A DNA stretch of 64,000 bases from Candidatus Saccharimonadota bacterium (GTDB lineage Bacteria; Patescibacteriota; Saccharimonadia; Saccharimonadales; Saccharimonadaceae), in NCBI GenBank assembly GCA_016196195.1, contig JACPYF010000010.1:4110-68109 (forward strand), written 5' to 3'. The notes under the pieces were generated by a model. The model did no database searches. It was given only the letters and a program-made list of their open reading frames with translations, and was not told the origin of the DNA. This document shows positions 1 through 9,737 of this stretch, piece by piece (position 1 is the first letter of the stretch; the number at the start of each line of letters is the position of its first letter). A program made the position numbers and the translations under genes.

Positions 1-276
1 CCGTTTGGTGACGACGCAGCTGTGTACAAGATTGGCCACAAAGAGGACGGTGGGGGCAAGATGTTTGCAATTGTTGGTGAAAAATCCGATCCGCTACGCG
101 TTAGCCTAAAATGCGACCCGCAACTGGCGATTACACTACGCGAAAAATACGAAAGCATCGTGCCCGGCTATCATTTGAACAAAAAACACTGGAATACCGT
201 CATATGTACGGGGCAGTTGAATAGGGACGAAATTTTCGATCTAGTGAGACTGAGCTACGATCTAGTTAAAGCTTGA
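1..276 (+). CDS. MmcQ/YjbR-family protein, C-terminal part (gene starts upstream of window)
   Basis: The frame is open from base 1 (PFGDDAAVYKIGHK...). GGKMFAIVGEK...LREKY...GYHLNKKHWNTV is the typical YjbR/MmcQ pattern. Stop at 274-276. Confidence 0.6.
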   Translation, partial: PFGDDAAVYKIGHKEDGGGKMFAIVGEKSDPLRVSLKCDPQLAITLREKYESIVPGYHLNKKHWNTVICTGQLNRDEIFDLVRLSYDLVKA

Positions 277-838
277 GTTCCTCTAACTGTTGCTTGGCTT
301 TTCGCAAATGATCATCGAGCTCTTGTAGGGTTGCCTTTAGTTTCTGGTCCTTGCTGAGACCATATGTTTCGGCGATCAGTGCGCGTATTGATTTGATCTT
401 TTTTATTAGAACATCTGTGTAAACTGCGTCTAATTTGTTTTCTAGGTAGGCTTCCTCTATGGTTTTTGCGGTGGATGTGTCTGTCTCTGCTGCAGCTATC
501 GAGCTATCGAGTTTCGCCGGTACCTGCCCAGCTAGGGCTGCGTTGAGGTCCTGAATATCAGTTGTTACACTGAGGTTCAAACTTGTAACAATATTGTTAA
601 GGTCCTGGTTCTTTAAATTTCTAGTAGTTTTTTTGTCAGACAATAGCGCCTGCAGACCACCGTACCTGGCCACTAAATGTTGGGCCTGAACGCTAATTCC
701 TTTTTGGCTACCAGATAACAAGACAATTCCAATTATTATGGCTAATATTAATCCGCCAGCTATGAATAAAGTTTTTCTCGAAAATCTAAAACCGGAATTT
801 TGCGGTTCGGATTGTACGTAGCCGTAATTAGGATCCAT
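266..838 (-). CDS. hypothetical membrane-anchored protein (one N-terminal TM helix, helical ectodomain)
   Basis: 190-aa ORF with a hydrophobic segment LFIAGGLILAIIIGIVLL. No family motif recognised. It fills the gap between flanking genes. Confidence 0.5.
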   Translation of the reverse strand: MDPNYGYVQSEPQNSGFRFSRKTLFIAGGLILAIIIGIVLLSGSQKGISVQAQHLVARYGGLQALLSDKKTTRNLKNQDLNNIVTSLNLSVTTDIQDLNAALAGQVPAKLDSSIAAAETDTSTAKTIEEAYLENKLDAVYTDVLIKKIKSIRALIAETYGLSKDQKLKATLQELDDHLRKAKQQLEELKL

Positions 839-895
839 CGTGAAGTCTATTTAAGCATAAACATTTACAGAGGTAAATAGTGATATAATATTATC

Positions 896-2632
896 ATGCA
901 AGATGCAAAAGAAGACATTCGTTCTAGGATAAATATCGAGGATGTAATAGGTGAGTATGTTCGCCTGCAGCGTGCCGGTCGTAGCTTTAAGGGCCTTAGC
1001 CCATTTAATGATGAAAAAACGCCGAGCTTTATGGTCAGTCCGGACAAACATGTCTGGTATGACTTTTCGTCCAACCAGGGCGGCGATATTTATAGCTTTA
1101 TCATGCAGGTAGAAGGCCTGGATTTTCGTGGTGCGATGGAGTTGTTGGCGCGAAAAGCTGGTGTTGACCTCAGCATGTATCAATCTAGCGAAAAGGGCCT
1201 AGGCAAAAAGAAAGAGCGCCTATACGATTTGTTAGATGTTGCTTCACATTACTATCAGCAGACGCTAGTTAAAAACCAGCATGCCCTAGAATACGTGACC
1301 AAAAGTCGCAAGTTGAACAAGAAAGTTGTACAAGATTTCAAAATTGGCTATGCACCCAACACCATCGATTCAATAGTTGTGTTTCTAAAGAAAAAAGGGT
1401 TCACAGACGCAGAGGTAAAAGACGCCGGAATGACCAACCGTGCAAACAAAGACCTGTTTCGCAGTCGCTTGATGCTACCGCTTCAGGATGCATCTGGCCG
1501 GATAGTGGGGTTTACCGGAAGGCTGATCGCCAACGATCCCAAAGCGCCAAAATATCTCAATACACCCCAGACATTGCTGTATGACAAATCTCGTCATGTA
1601 TATGGGCTACATTTGGCAAAAGAAGCGATTCGCAAGCAAGACAAGGCTGTGATCGTAGAGGGTAACCTAGATGTTGTTAGCTCGCACCAAGCTGGTGTGT
1701 ACAATGTTGTAGCAACGGCTGGTACCGCTATGACCCAGCAGCACCTAAAGATTATAAAGAGACTCAGCAGCAATATTACGCTTGCCTTTGACAATGACAG
1801 GGCGGGCTTGGCTGCAACCGAACGTGCTATAGAGATCAGCCAGCAACTTGGCATAGAACTCAGCATCATTAGCTTGCCAGAGGAACACAAAGATCCCGAT
1901 GAGTTGATACAGCACGATCCAGACCTATGGAGAAAGGCTATAAAAAACGCCAAACCGGTTGTTGACTGGGTCTTGGCTGAATATGAGAAAAGATATGACG
2001 TATCGACAGCCGAGGGCAAGCGTCACTATTCTAGCGCTGGCCTCAATATCATCGGCAAACTTCGCGATCCTATAGAGGCCGAGCATTACATGAAGATAAT
2101 CGCAGGCAAAACTGGTGTCAGCCTCGATGCCGTTAAAAGTAAACTAAGCTCATACGACCAGCCAGATGATCAGGCGTTAAAAAAAGTTAACATCGAACGC
2201 CCCAAAGCAACTTCGAATGAACGAAAAAACCAAGACAAACTACTAGCAATAGCTGTAATGGACCCAAAGGTCAGGGGGCTGTTAATCGAAATGAGTTCTG
2301 ATGATTTTGAGGCGGACCAACAAAAGGTTTTGTTGCAATATCTAAAAACCATGCCCGATATCGACCTGAGCGGCGATATTCCTGATTCTTTACAGGAGTT
2401 AGACACCTATGTTAAAGTATTACTATTAAGAGCTGACGAACGTTATAAGCAGTGGGGCGAAATTGATCGCTACGACGAAACTGCAAAACTGGTTAGGCTG
2501 GTAAAAAATCAAACTCGAGAATACAAAAAACGGCAACTCAACGAGGCTTTGAAACAAGCTGAAGCGGCTGGTGATAAAAAGACAAAAGAAAAGTTAGTAA
2601 AAGAACTAAACGAAATTATAAAGGAGGCCTAA
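896..2632 (+). CDS. dnaG: DNA primase DnaG
   Basis: N-terminal [10 protein letters not shown]...[10 protein letters not shown] primase zinc-ribbon-like region, and a TOPRIM region ([11 protein letters not shown]...AFDNDRAGL). It is followed by rpoD, as in the classical dnaG-rpoD operon. Confidence 0.93.
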   Translation: MQDAKEDIRSRINIEDVIGEYVRLQRAGRSFKGLSPFNDEKTPSFMVSPDKHVWYDFSSNQGGDIYSFIMQVEGLDFRGAMELLARKAGVDLSMYQSSEKGLGKKKERLYDLLDVASHYYQQTLVKNQHALEYVTKSRKLNKKVVQDFKIGYAPNTIDSIVVFLKKKGFTDAEVKDAGMTNRANKDLFRSRLMLPLQDASGRIVGFTGRLIANDPKAPKYLNTPQTLLYDKSRHVYGLHLAKEAIRKQDKAVIVEGNLDVVSSHQAGVYNVVATAGTAMTQQHLKIIKRLSSNITLAFDNDRAGLAATERAIEISQQLGIELSIISLPEEHKDPDELIQHDPDLWRKAIKNAKPVVDWVLAEYEKRYDVSTAEGKRHYSSAGLNIIGKLRDPIEAEHYMKIIAGKTGVSLDAVKSKLSSYDQPDDQALKKVNIERPKATSNERKNQDKLLAIAVMDPKVRGLLIEMSSDDFEADQQKVLLQYLKTMPDIDLSGDIPDSLQELDTYVKVLLLRADERYKQWGEIDRYDETAKLVRLVKNQTREYKKRQLNEALKQAEAAGDKKTKEKLVKELNEIIKEA

Positions 2633-2633
2633 A

Positions 2634-3623
2634 TTGGCACAAAAAAAAGTAATCATAGCTGACGACGATGATATTTTACAGGATAACGATCTACTAGGTT
2701 TTGAAGAACCAGCACCGGATGAGCTAAAGGCCGAAGAAGCCGAAGAGGAGAGCGAAACAGTAGAGCAAACAGATTTTTCTGATGATATTTCTGATGATTC
2801 AGTGCGCTTGTACTTGCGTGAAATTGGTAAAATACCACTTTTAAAACCTGACGAAGAACTTGCTCTAGCGCAAAGAGTAGTAAAGGGCGAGAAAAAAGCC
2901 AAAGACAAAATGGCCGAGGCCAATATGCGTCTAGTTGTTTCGATTGCAAAGCGTTATTCTGGTCGTGGACTAGATTTTCTAGACCTCATTCAAGAAGGTA
3001 ACACGGGGCTGCTGCGTGCTGTAGAGAAATTCGACCCTGACAAAGGTTTCAAATTCAGCACCTACGCCACCTGGTGGATCCGTCAGGCGATTACACGTGC
3101 AATTGCCGACCAAGCTCGCGTGATTCGTATACCAGTGCACATGGTTGAAACTATCAACAAATTGCTCCGTACGCAGCGTCGTATGACCCAAGAGCTCAAC
3201 CGTGAGCCAACTATCGAAGAACTAGCCAAAGAGCTAGACATGGAACCAGCAAAGGTTGAATACGTTATCAAGATCAAGCAAGACATCCATAGTTTGGATG
3301 CCGGTGTAGGTCGCGATGGCGAAGAAGAAGACTCTGTACTAGGTGACTTTATCGAGGACGAAGATATGGCAAGTCCAGTCGACAGCGCTGCGGACCAACT
3401 GCTAAAAGAACAAGTCCAAGAGGTCCTTGGTAGTTTATCTGAACGCGAACAAAAGATTTTACGCATGCGATTTGGTCTAGACGATGGTAAAAGCCACACA
3501 CTAGAAGAAGTTGGACAAGAATTTAGCGTGACTCGTGAGCGTATTCGACAGATTGAAGCCAAAGCATTGGCAAAACTACGCAAGCACAAAGACGTCAAAA
3601 AACTCCACGAATACCTAAAATAG
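2634..3623 (+). CDS. rpoD: RNA polymerase primary sigma factor (sigma-70 family)
   Basis: TTG start 7 nt after AAGGAGG. Regions 2-4 are present: [40 protein letters not shown], region 4 [18 protein letters not shown]. Confidence 0.93.
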   Translation: MAQKKVIIADDDDILQDNDLLGFEEPAPDELKAEEAEEESETVEQTDFSDDISDDSVRLYLREIGKIPLLKPDEELALAQRVVKGEKKAKDKMAEANMRLVVSIAKRYSGRGLDFLDLIQEGNTGLLRAVEKFDPDKGFKFSTYATWWIRQAITRAIADQARVIRIPVHMVETINKLLRTQRRMTQELNREPTIEELAKELDMEPAKVEYVIKIKQDIHSLDAGVGRDGEEEDSVLGDFIEDEDMASPVDSAADQLLKEQVQEVLGSLSEREQKILRMRFGLDDGKSHTLEEVGQEFSVTRERIRQIEAKALAKLRKHKDVKKLHEYLK

Positions 3624-3673
3624 TTTTATTAGAGTCTTCGTAAGACTTTGTGATTTATAGGTATAATAGAAGC

Positions 3674-6190
3674 ATGAAGAGACTTGTTGTTATCGACGGA
3701 AAGTCCGTGTTTTATCGTGGTTACTATGCAATGCCGAACCTCAGCATGCGCGACGGCACGCCAACTGGTGGCGTGTACGGATTTGCGGCACTTAGCCTCG
3801 AGGTTATTAAAAGTCTCAAGCCAGATTACGTAGCTGTCGCTTGGGACAAGCCCAAAACTAACATTAGACGACGCAAAGAAATCTATCCGGACTACAAGGC
3901 TGGTCGTAAGCCGGCGCCACCGGATTTTTATGCGCAAGTTCCTATTTTGCACGAGTTACTAGAGGCTTTTGGTTGGCCGCTTTATGAATTTGACGACTAC
4001 GAAGCCGACGATATCATGGGCGCGTTGTCCGAGGACGCCAATAAAAAGGGCGTAGAGACTGTTCTAATTACTTCTGACCTAGATATGCTTCAGCTAATTG
4101 ACGATGACACGCATGTATATGCTCTCAAAAAAGGCTTTTCGCAGATCGAACAGTTCAATTTAAAATCTTTTGAAGAAAAATATGGGCTAAAACAACATCA
4201 ATTTCTAGATCTTAAAGCTTTGCAGGGTGATAGCAGCGATAATATTCCTGGCGTGCCTGGTGTCGGCGCCAAAACAGCGACAACTTTGCTACAAAAATAC
4301 GAAACACTAGACGGAATTTATGAGCATATCGATGAAATAACTGGTGGCGTTCATGACAAGTTAGTTGCTGGCAAAAACAGCGCCTACATGAGCAAGGAGA
4401 TAGCTCGTATCTGGACAGACGCACCGATAAAATTTGACCCTAGCACTACGGACATAGACAAATTAGACCGCGAAAAGCTACGCGAAATGCTAGAAAAGCT
4501 AGAATTTCGCAGCTTACTAAAGAATCTGCCCGAGGGAATGCAGGGCGAGCAGCGCGAAAATACCAGCCTAAAGCCTGCAAAAATAGAGCCTCTAGACGAC
4601 CAAGGCAGAACAAGTATCATTATGGCCCAGCATGTGGCTATTACACCTATCGAGGACAAGCTAATATTGTCACCAGATGCCGAAAATGGATACATTGTAT
4701 GCGTGCAGGAGGCCCCAAGCCTGCTGAAAAAATCTAAGATAATCGCTTATGATAGCAAATCTATACTGAAAACATTACTAAGCGAGAGTAGCGAACTGCC
4801 GCAGGTCCATCACGATATCCGACAGGCCAGCTTTTTGCTAGATGCATCACGCGCCGTTCTGAGCCTAGATGATTTGGCGATGGTGGATCTTGTAGAGGAT
4901 GACGGCAGCAAGGCCGTAGCAGCGATTTGGTCTATATTTGATCAACAAGTTGAGGCTTTCAAGGAATTTCCTGGCGTTCAGAAGGTGGCTCATGAGATTG
5001 ATTTTCCTCTAGTAGAGGTATTAGCTCGTATGGAGTACAAGGGTATAAAAATAGAACCAAAAATCTTTGACGTTATGAGTAAAGACCTAACAAAACAACT
5101 TGCTAGTATAGAAAAAGAGGCTTTCGCAGCGGTTGGATATGAATTTAATATGGCTAGTCCGTCGCAATTAGCCGATGTTTTGTACGAAAAGCTGCAGTTG
5201 CCAACGACTAACGTCAAAAAAGGTAAAACAGGTTACTCGACTGGTGCAAAAGAGCTAGAAAAACTACGCGGTCAGCATCCGATCATTGAGCTGATTGAAA
5301 AACACCGCGAACTCAGCAAACTAAAGAACACCTATGTTGATACTTTGCCGAAAATGGTCGATGGAAACAACCGTTTGCACACAAATTTTCGCCAAGATGT
5401 AGCAGCGACAGGGCGTCTTTCGAGCATCGATCCGAACTTGCAGAATATTCCAGTACGCACTGAACTTGGCCGTAAAATTCGCCAAGGTTTTGTTCCGGAC
5501 AAGGGCTTTGTGTTTGTCAGCGCCGACTATTCGCAGTTTGAACTACGCCTAGCCGCTGTTTTGAGTGGCGATCAGTCGATGATCGATGCCTTTAACAACG
5601 ACGATGATATTCATGTCTTGACTGCAGCTGCAATAGCAGGCGTAGAGCCTGACAAAGTGACAAAGGAGATGCGTTATAGGGCGAAAGCAGTTAACTTTGG
5701 CATATTGTACGGACAAGGGTCTCATGGCTTAGCCGTCGGTACGGGTATGACATTTGGCGAGGCCAAGGACTTTATCGAAAAGTATTTCGAACTTCGACCA
5801 AAACTTAAAGCTTATATGGATAGTTTACGAGAAAAAGCCCATAGCGAAGGCTATGTCGAAACGCTGTTAGGTCGACGTCGACCAACGCCAGATGTAAAAT
5901 CATCTAACTTTATAGTTCGTCAGGCGGCCGAGCGTGCTGCTACAAATATGCCTATGCAAGGAACAGCGGCAGATCTAACTAAAATGGCCATGCTGATGGT
6001 TGAGGAAAAACTCGGCGATACGGGCGTGCAGCTACTACAGATACACGACAGCATATTGGTTGAGGCTCGTGAAAAAGACGCCGAAAAGGTAGGTAAAATG
6101 CTAAAAGAAACTATGGAAAATGTTTATCCAAAATTAGGCGTGAAACTAAAGGTTGACGTCAGCACTGGTAGAGATTGGGGTCAGGTGTGA
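3674..6190 (+). CDS. polA: DNA polymerase I
   Basis: 5'-nuclease N-terminus (VVIDGKSVFYRGYYA), polymerase motif A (VSADYSQFELRLAA), motif B (RYRAKAVNFGILYG), motif C (QIHDSILVE). ATG 3674 is preferred over the longer ORF start at 3650. Confidence 0.95.
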   Translation: MKRLVVIDGKSVFYRGYYAMPNLSMRDGTPTGGVYGFAALSLEVIKSLKPDYVAVAWDKPKTNIRRRKEIYPDYKAGRKPAPPDFYAQVPILHELLEAFGWPLYEFDDYEADDIMGALSEDANKKGVETVLITSDLDMLQLIDDDTHVYALKKGFSQIEQFNLKSFEEKYGLKQHQFLDLKALQGDSSDNIPGVPGVGAKTATTLLQKYETLDGIYEHIDEITGGVHDKLVAGKNSAYMSKEIARIWTDAPIKFDPSTTDIDKLDREKLREMLEKLEFRSLLKNLPEGMQGEQRENTSLKPAKIEPLDDQGRTSIIMAQHVAITPIEDKLILSPDAENGYIVCVQEAPSLLKKSKIIAYDSKSILKTLLSESSELPQVHHDIRQASFLLDASRAVLSLDDLAMVDLVEDDGSKAVAAIWSIFDQQVEAFKEFPGVQKVAHEIDFPLVEVLARMEYKGIKIEPKIFDVMSKDLTKQLASIEKEAFAAVGYEFNMASPSQLADVLYEKLQLPTTNVKKGKTGYSTGAKELEKLRGQHPIIELIEKHRELSKLKNTYVDTLPKMVDGNNRLHTNFRQDVAATGRLSSIDPNLQNIPVRTELGRKIRQGFVPDKGFVFVSADYSQFELRLAAVLSGDQSMIDAFNNDDDIHVLTAAAIAGVEPDKVTKEMRYRAKAVNFGILYGQGSHGLAVGTGMTFGEAKDFIEKYFELRPKLKAYMDSLREKAHSEGYVETLLGRRRPTPDVKSSNFIVRQAAERAATNMPMQGTAADLTKMAMLMVEEKLGDTGVQLLQIHDSILVEAREKDAEKVGKMLKETMENVYPKLGVKLKVDVSTGRDWGQV

Positions 6191-6675
6191 TTAATCAGTT
6201 CCGAGGAGAGCATTTTTTTCTTAGTAACATGTATCTTGTTGATAAGTCGCTACCAACACCCGACGGAATATATGTTCCAACATCGGAGCACTTCTATATG
6301 TCATCTCGTTTCAAGAGGAAAAAGGATAGAGTCGCGGTTGCTCAGGCTAGGGCGGAAGATGGTGACAATAGAATATTTGCCGACGGACTGGCTGCTAAAA
6401 ATCTGGCACATGAATTTATTGATGAAGGTAGACCGCACTACGAAACTCCGTATCAGCGTGTTCAGTTGATGCACAGGGCAGTTTTTACCAAGTTTGTTAT
6501 CAACCCAAGGCTGTCCTATAAATTGCTAGAAACAGGGGGCGAAGAGCTGGTCGAAGGTAACAGTTGGGGTGATAGATTTTGGGGAGTTAGCCCTGCAGAA
6601 AATGGTACAGGTAATAACTATCTAGGTATTATTTTGATGAATGTTAGAGAAAAAATGGAGGCTATGTCTGAATGA
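6187..6675 (+). CDS. NADAR (YbiA/DUF1768) family protein
   Basis: INQFRGEHFFLSNMY...SEHFYMS...GNSWGDRFWGV pattern of NADAR domains. GTG 6187 overlaps the polA stop (GTGA). TTG 6175 is an alternative start. Confidence 0.7.
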   Translation: MINQFRGEHFFLSNMYLVDKSLPTPDGIYVPTSEHFYMSSRFKRKKDRVAVAQARAEDGDNRIFADGLAAKNLAHEFIDEGRPHYETPYQRVQLMHRAVFTKFVINPRLSYKLLETGGEELVEGNSWGDRFWGVSPAENGTGNNYLGIILMNVREKMEAMSE

Positions 6676-7106
6676 ACGTAAAAATAAAAAAAATACGATC
6701 AGATGCCATAATCCCTCAATACCACACGGAGGATTCTGCTGGTGTTGATATTACAGCAGCGATTGATGAGCCTATAGTTATCAAGCCGCTAGAACGCAAA
6801 CTAATCCCTGCTGGTTTTGCAGTAGAGATACCAAAAGGGTACGAAATACAGATCAGGGCGCGTAGTGGGATGAGCCTAAAGCATGGCATAACAGCCGCAA
6901 ACGGGGTCGGGACTGTGGATGCAGATTTTCGCGGTGAGATTTGTGCGATTTTAGTTAATCTCAGCAACGAAGATTTCACGATTGAGCCAGGTATGAGGGT
7001 CGCGCAAATGGTTTTGTCGAAATACGACAAGATCGAGTGGGACGAGATAGAAGATCTAGGCGAAACAAAAAGAGGAGAGGGCGGTTATGGCAGCACAGGA
7101 CACTAA
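6672..7106 (+). CDS. dut: dUTP diphosphatase
   Basis: Motifs AGVDI, RSGMSLKHGI, GTVDADFRGEI and C-terminal RGEGGYGSTG. ATGA overlap with the upstream gene. Confidence 0.93.
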   Translation: MNVKIKKIRSDAIIPQYHTEDSAGVDITAAIDEPIVIKPLERKLIPAGFAVEIPKGYEIQIRARSGMSLKHGITAANGVGTVDADFRGEICAILVNLSNEDFTIEPGMRVAQMVLSKYDKIEWDEIEDLGETKRGEGGYGSTGH

Positions 7107-7662
7107 GGCTATTATTTTTGACTGTTTTGGGGTGCTGTATCTCGGTGCGCACAGGGCATTAGAAGAGCGCTGGCCAAAGCATGCAGTAGAACTCGACAAC
7201 CTAACCAGGCAGCTAGACTATGGCTACATGGACAAGGACGAGTACTGCAAAGTAGCGGCAAGTATTGTTAGCAGTAGCCCTCAAAAAATTGAAGGAATAC
7301 TCAAGAGCGAACATACGCTCAATTCACCACTAATAACTTATATAGAAAAGGAATTAAAGCCGCACTACAAAATAGGCATGGTTAGTAATATCGGCCGCGG
7401 TTGGATACAAAATATGTTCGATGAGTATCTGCTAGAAAATGTCTTTGATGTGGTTGTGCAGAGTGGAGATGAGGGGGTTACCAAACCACATCCACAGATA
7501 TATGAGCTTTGTGCCGAGAGGCTAGAGCTCGAGACTGATGAGTGCTTGTTTGTTGACGATTTACCAGAAAATATTGCTGGTGCAGATGCCGCCGGCATGC
7601 GTGGAATAGTTTATGGCAACCTATATGATCTAAAAAAAGAGATTGCCGAGGTGGTACCCTAG
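7087..7662 (+). CDS. HAD-superfamily hydrolase (subfamily IA-like)
   Basis: Motif I IIFDCFGVLY, motif III KPHPQIY, motif IV FVDDLPENI. Confidence 0.7.
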   Translation: MAAQDTKAIIFDCFGVLYLGAHRALEERWPKHAVELDNLTRQLDYGYMDKDEYCKVAASIVSSSPQKIEGILKSEHTLNSPLITYIEKELKPHYKIGMVSNIGRGWIQNMFDEYLLENVFDVVVQSGDEGVTKPHPQIYELCAERLELETDECLFVDDLPENIAGADAAGMRGIVYGNLYDLKKEIAEVVP

Positions 7663-8379
7663 ATGCCCGAGCTTCCAGAAGTTGAAACGGTGCGTGTGGG
7701 TTTAAAACGACTGATTGTTGGTAAAAAAGTAGCCAGCCAATCACACGATTGGCCAAAAAGCTTTCCGAATAGCCAGGGTGACGTGAACCAGTTTTTAATT
7801 GGCAGTAAAATTTCTGATGTTCGTCGTCGAGCAAAAGTCTTGATAATTGATCTTGATACCAAGTACAGCCTGGTTATACATTTGAAGATGAGACTACTGC
7901 CGACTATCGAAATACCAAATATAGATTTCATGAAGAAAGTTGGCCCGGAGCCGCTAGAAACAGAATTTACATCTGATATATTGCATCAACGCCTGCAGAG
8001 ACGCAAAAACAGCTCTATAAAGGCCGCCCTGCTAGATCAGACAGTTCTAGCGGGCATTGGCAATATTTATGCTGACGAGAGCCTGTGGGGGGCTAAAATA
8101 CATCCTGAAACCAAAGTTGGCCAACTAACTAAACCTCAGACCAAAAAGCTATATACTGAAATAGTGAATGTTCTCAGATTATCAATCGAAAAAGGCGGTA
8201 GTACCGACAGAAACTACGTAAATGCCGAAGGCAAAAAAGGTAGCTATATCGAATTTGCCAAAGTCTTCCGCCGCGAAAATCTACCGTGCCCTAGGTGTAG
8301 CACGACTATTATCAAAACTCGTGTTGCTGGTCGAGGTACGCACTTGTGTCCGAAATGTCAGGTGGTTCAAAATGATTAG
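7663..8379 (+). CDS. mutM: formamidopyrimidine-DNA glycosylase (Fpg/MutM), short form
   Basis: N-terminal MPELPEVE, H2TH LLDQTVLAGIGNIYADESLW, C-terminal zinc finger CPRC...CPKC. Confidence 0.88.
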   Translation: MPELPEVETVRVGLKRLIVGKKVASQSHDWPKSFPNSQGDVNQFLIGSKISDVRRRAKVLIIDLDTKYSLVIHLKMRLLPTIEIPNIDFMKKVGPEPLETEFTSDILHQRLQRRKNSSIKAALLDQTVLAGIGNIYADESLWGAKIHPETKVGQLTKPQTKKLYTEIVNVLRLSIEKGGSTDRNYVNAEGKKGSYIEFAKVFRRENLPCPRCSTTIIKTRVAGRGTHLCPKCQVVQND

Positions 8380-9277
8380 CCTGCTATATGGAGAAAATGA
8401 TTTTGAGTTAAAAAAACACCTCAAAAAAATCGTTAGCGAGTTTGCAGATGCAAATTCTACTGAAAAGATCGATGGCGACAGTATAACTATTGATGATTTA
8501 CCTAATTTACTATCTGGTATGAGTCTGTTTTCGCAAAATAGGTTAGTTGTTTTGTATGACGCCAGTAGCAACAAAGACGTCTGGGACAAACTTGCTGATT
8601 ATATCGAGAATGATAACAGCGATACGCAGCTTGTACTGGTTGAAGCTAGCCCAGATAAACGCACAAGGACCTTCAAGCAACTACAAAAGCACGCAAACGT
8701 AGTGCAGTTCAATAATTTAAATGAAAACGAGGCAAAAAGTTGGCTTTTGAATGAGGCAAAAGCGTCTAAGGTTGATTTGACTGCTACATTGGCAGAAAAA
8801 ATTGTCGCTCGAGCCGGCGTAGACCAATGGAAATTACATTTTGCACTGCAAAAACTAGCAAACACGGACGAAATAAACGAGCAATCTATAAACGAACAAA
8901 TAGAAGCCTCAGTACAGGCAAATGTTTTTGCACTGATAGACGCTAGCCTGCAAAAATCACCACAAAAAGTACATAAACTAGTAGGCGAGGCTAGTTCTAG
9001 CGAAGACCCGTACTTTTTCTTTGGCCTGTTTTCTTCCCAGATGTTTCAACTTGTTGCGTTGGCGGTTAGTGACAAAAAATCAGCCGAAGTAGCGGCTGAT
9101 TTAGGTGTTCATCCTTATCCTTTGCAAAAACTTAGCAGTGTAGCTAGGCAGTTAAATAAAAATGATTTGCAGAAAATTGCCTTTATTGTGGCTGAGTGTG
9201 ACGATCAAATAAAACGTTCCGGCGCAGAGCCGTGGCTGCTGATAGAGCAAGCCCTAATAAAGATAGCTAATAGGTAA
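8372..9277 (+). CDS. holA: DNA polymerase III delta subunit
   Basis: N-terminus MISLLYGENDFELKK is typical of HolA. ATG 8372 overlaps the mutM stop by 8 nt. The longer ORF from 8222 lies in another frame of mutM. Confidence 0.75.
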   Translation: MISLLYGENDFELKKHLKKIVSEFADANSTEKIDGDSITIDDLPNLLSGMSLFSQNRLVVLYDASSNKDVWDKLADYIENDNSDTQLVLVEASPDKRTRTFKQLQKHANVVQFNNLNENEAKSWLLNEAKASKVDLTATLAEKIVARAGVDQWKLHFALQKLANTDEINEQSINEQIEASVQANVFALIDASLQKSPQKVHKLVGEASSSEDPYFFFGLFSSQMFQLVALAVSDKKSAEVAADLGVHPYPLQKLSSVARQLNKNDLQKIAFIVAECDDQIKRSGAEPWLLIEQALIKIANR

Positions 9278-9279
9278 AA

Positions 9280-9648
9280 CTAAGCTTTTTTTGCTGGTTT
9301 TTTAGCAGCAGGTTTCTTTACGGCAGGCTTTTTAGCGACAGTTTTCTTGGCTGGCGCTTTTTTAGCAGCGGGTTTAGTAGCTTTTTTAGTACCAGTTGCT
9401 AGTTTTACACCGGCAGCTTTAGCTTCTTTAGCTAGCTGAGCTTTGCGTCGAGATGCGGTGTTGATTTTCATCAAGTTCTTTTTCACTGCTTTGTCGTATT
9501 CGCTTTGGGCTGCAGATAGGGTTGCAGCGCTAGGTTTTGCACGGAATGCTTTTACAGCGGTCTTTATGTCACTCTTTAAGGCAACATTGCGAGCGCGTCG
9601 TTTGGCATTTTGGCGCATACGTTTGATAGCAGATTTGATAATTGGCAT
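9280..9648 (-). CDS. rpsT: 30S ribosomal protein S20 with Lys/Ala/Pro-rich C-terminal extension
   Basis: MPIIKSAIKRMRQNAKRRARN is the S20 N-terminus. AAGGAG lies upstream. The C-terminal approximately 45 aa are AKKPAAKK-type repeats. Confidence 0.92.
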   Translation of the reverse strand: MPIIKSAIKRMRQNAKRRARNVALKSDIKTAVKAFRAKPSAATLSAAQSEYDKAVKKNLMKINTASRRKAQLAKEAKAAGVKLATGTKKATKPAAKKAPAKKTVAKKPAVKKPAAKKPAKKA

Positions 9649-9737
9649 ATTGTTCTATTAGCTCCTTGGTGGTTTATAGAGATTTATTAAAAGTTTCAAG
9701 TAGCTACTATAGCGCCCTAAAGGTGTTTTGTAAAGTA

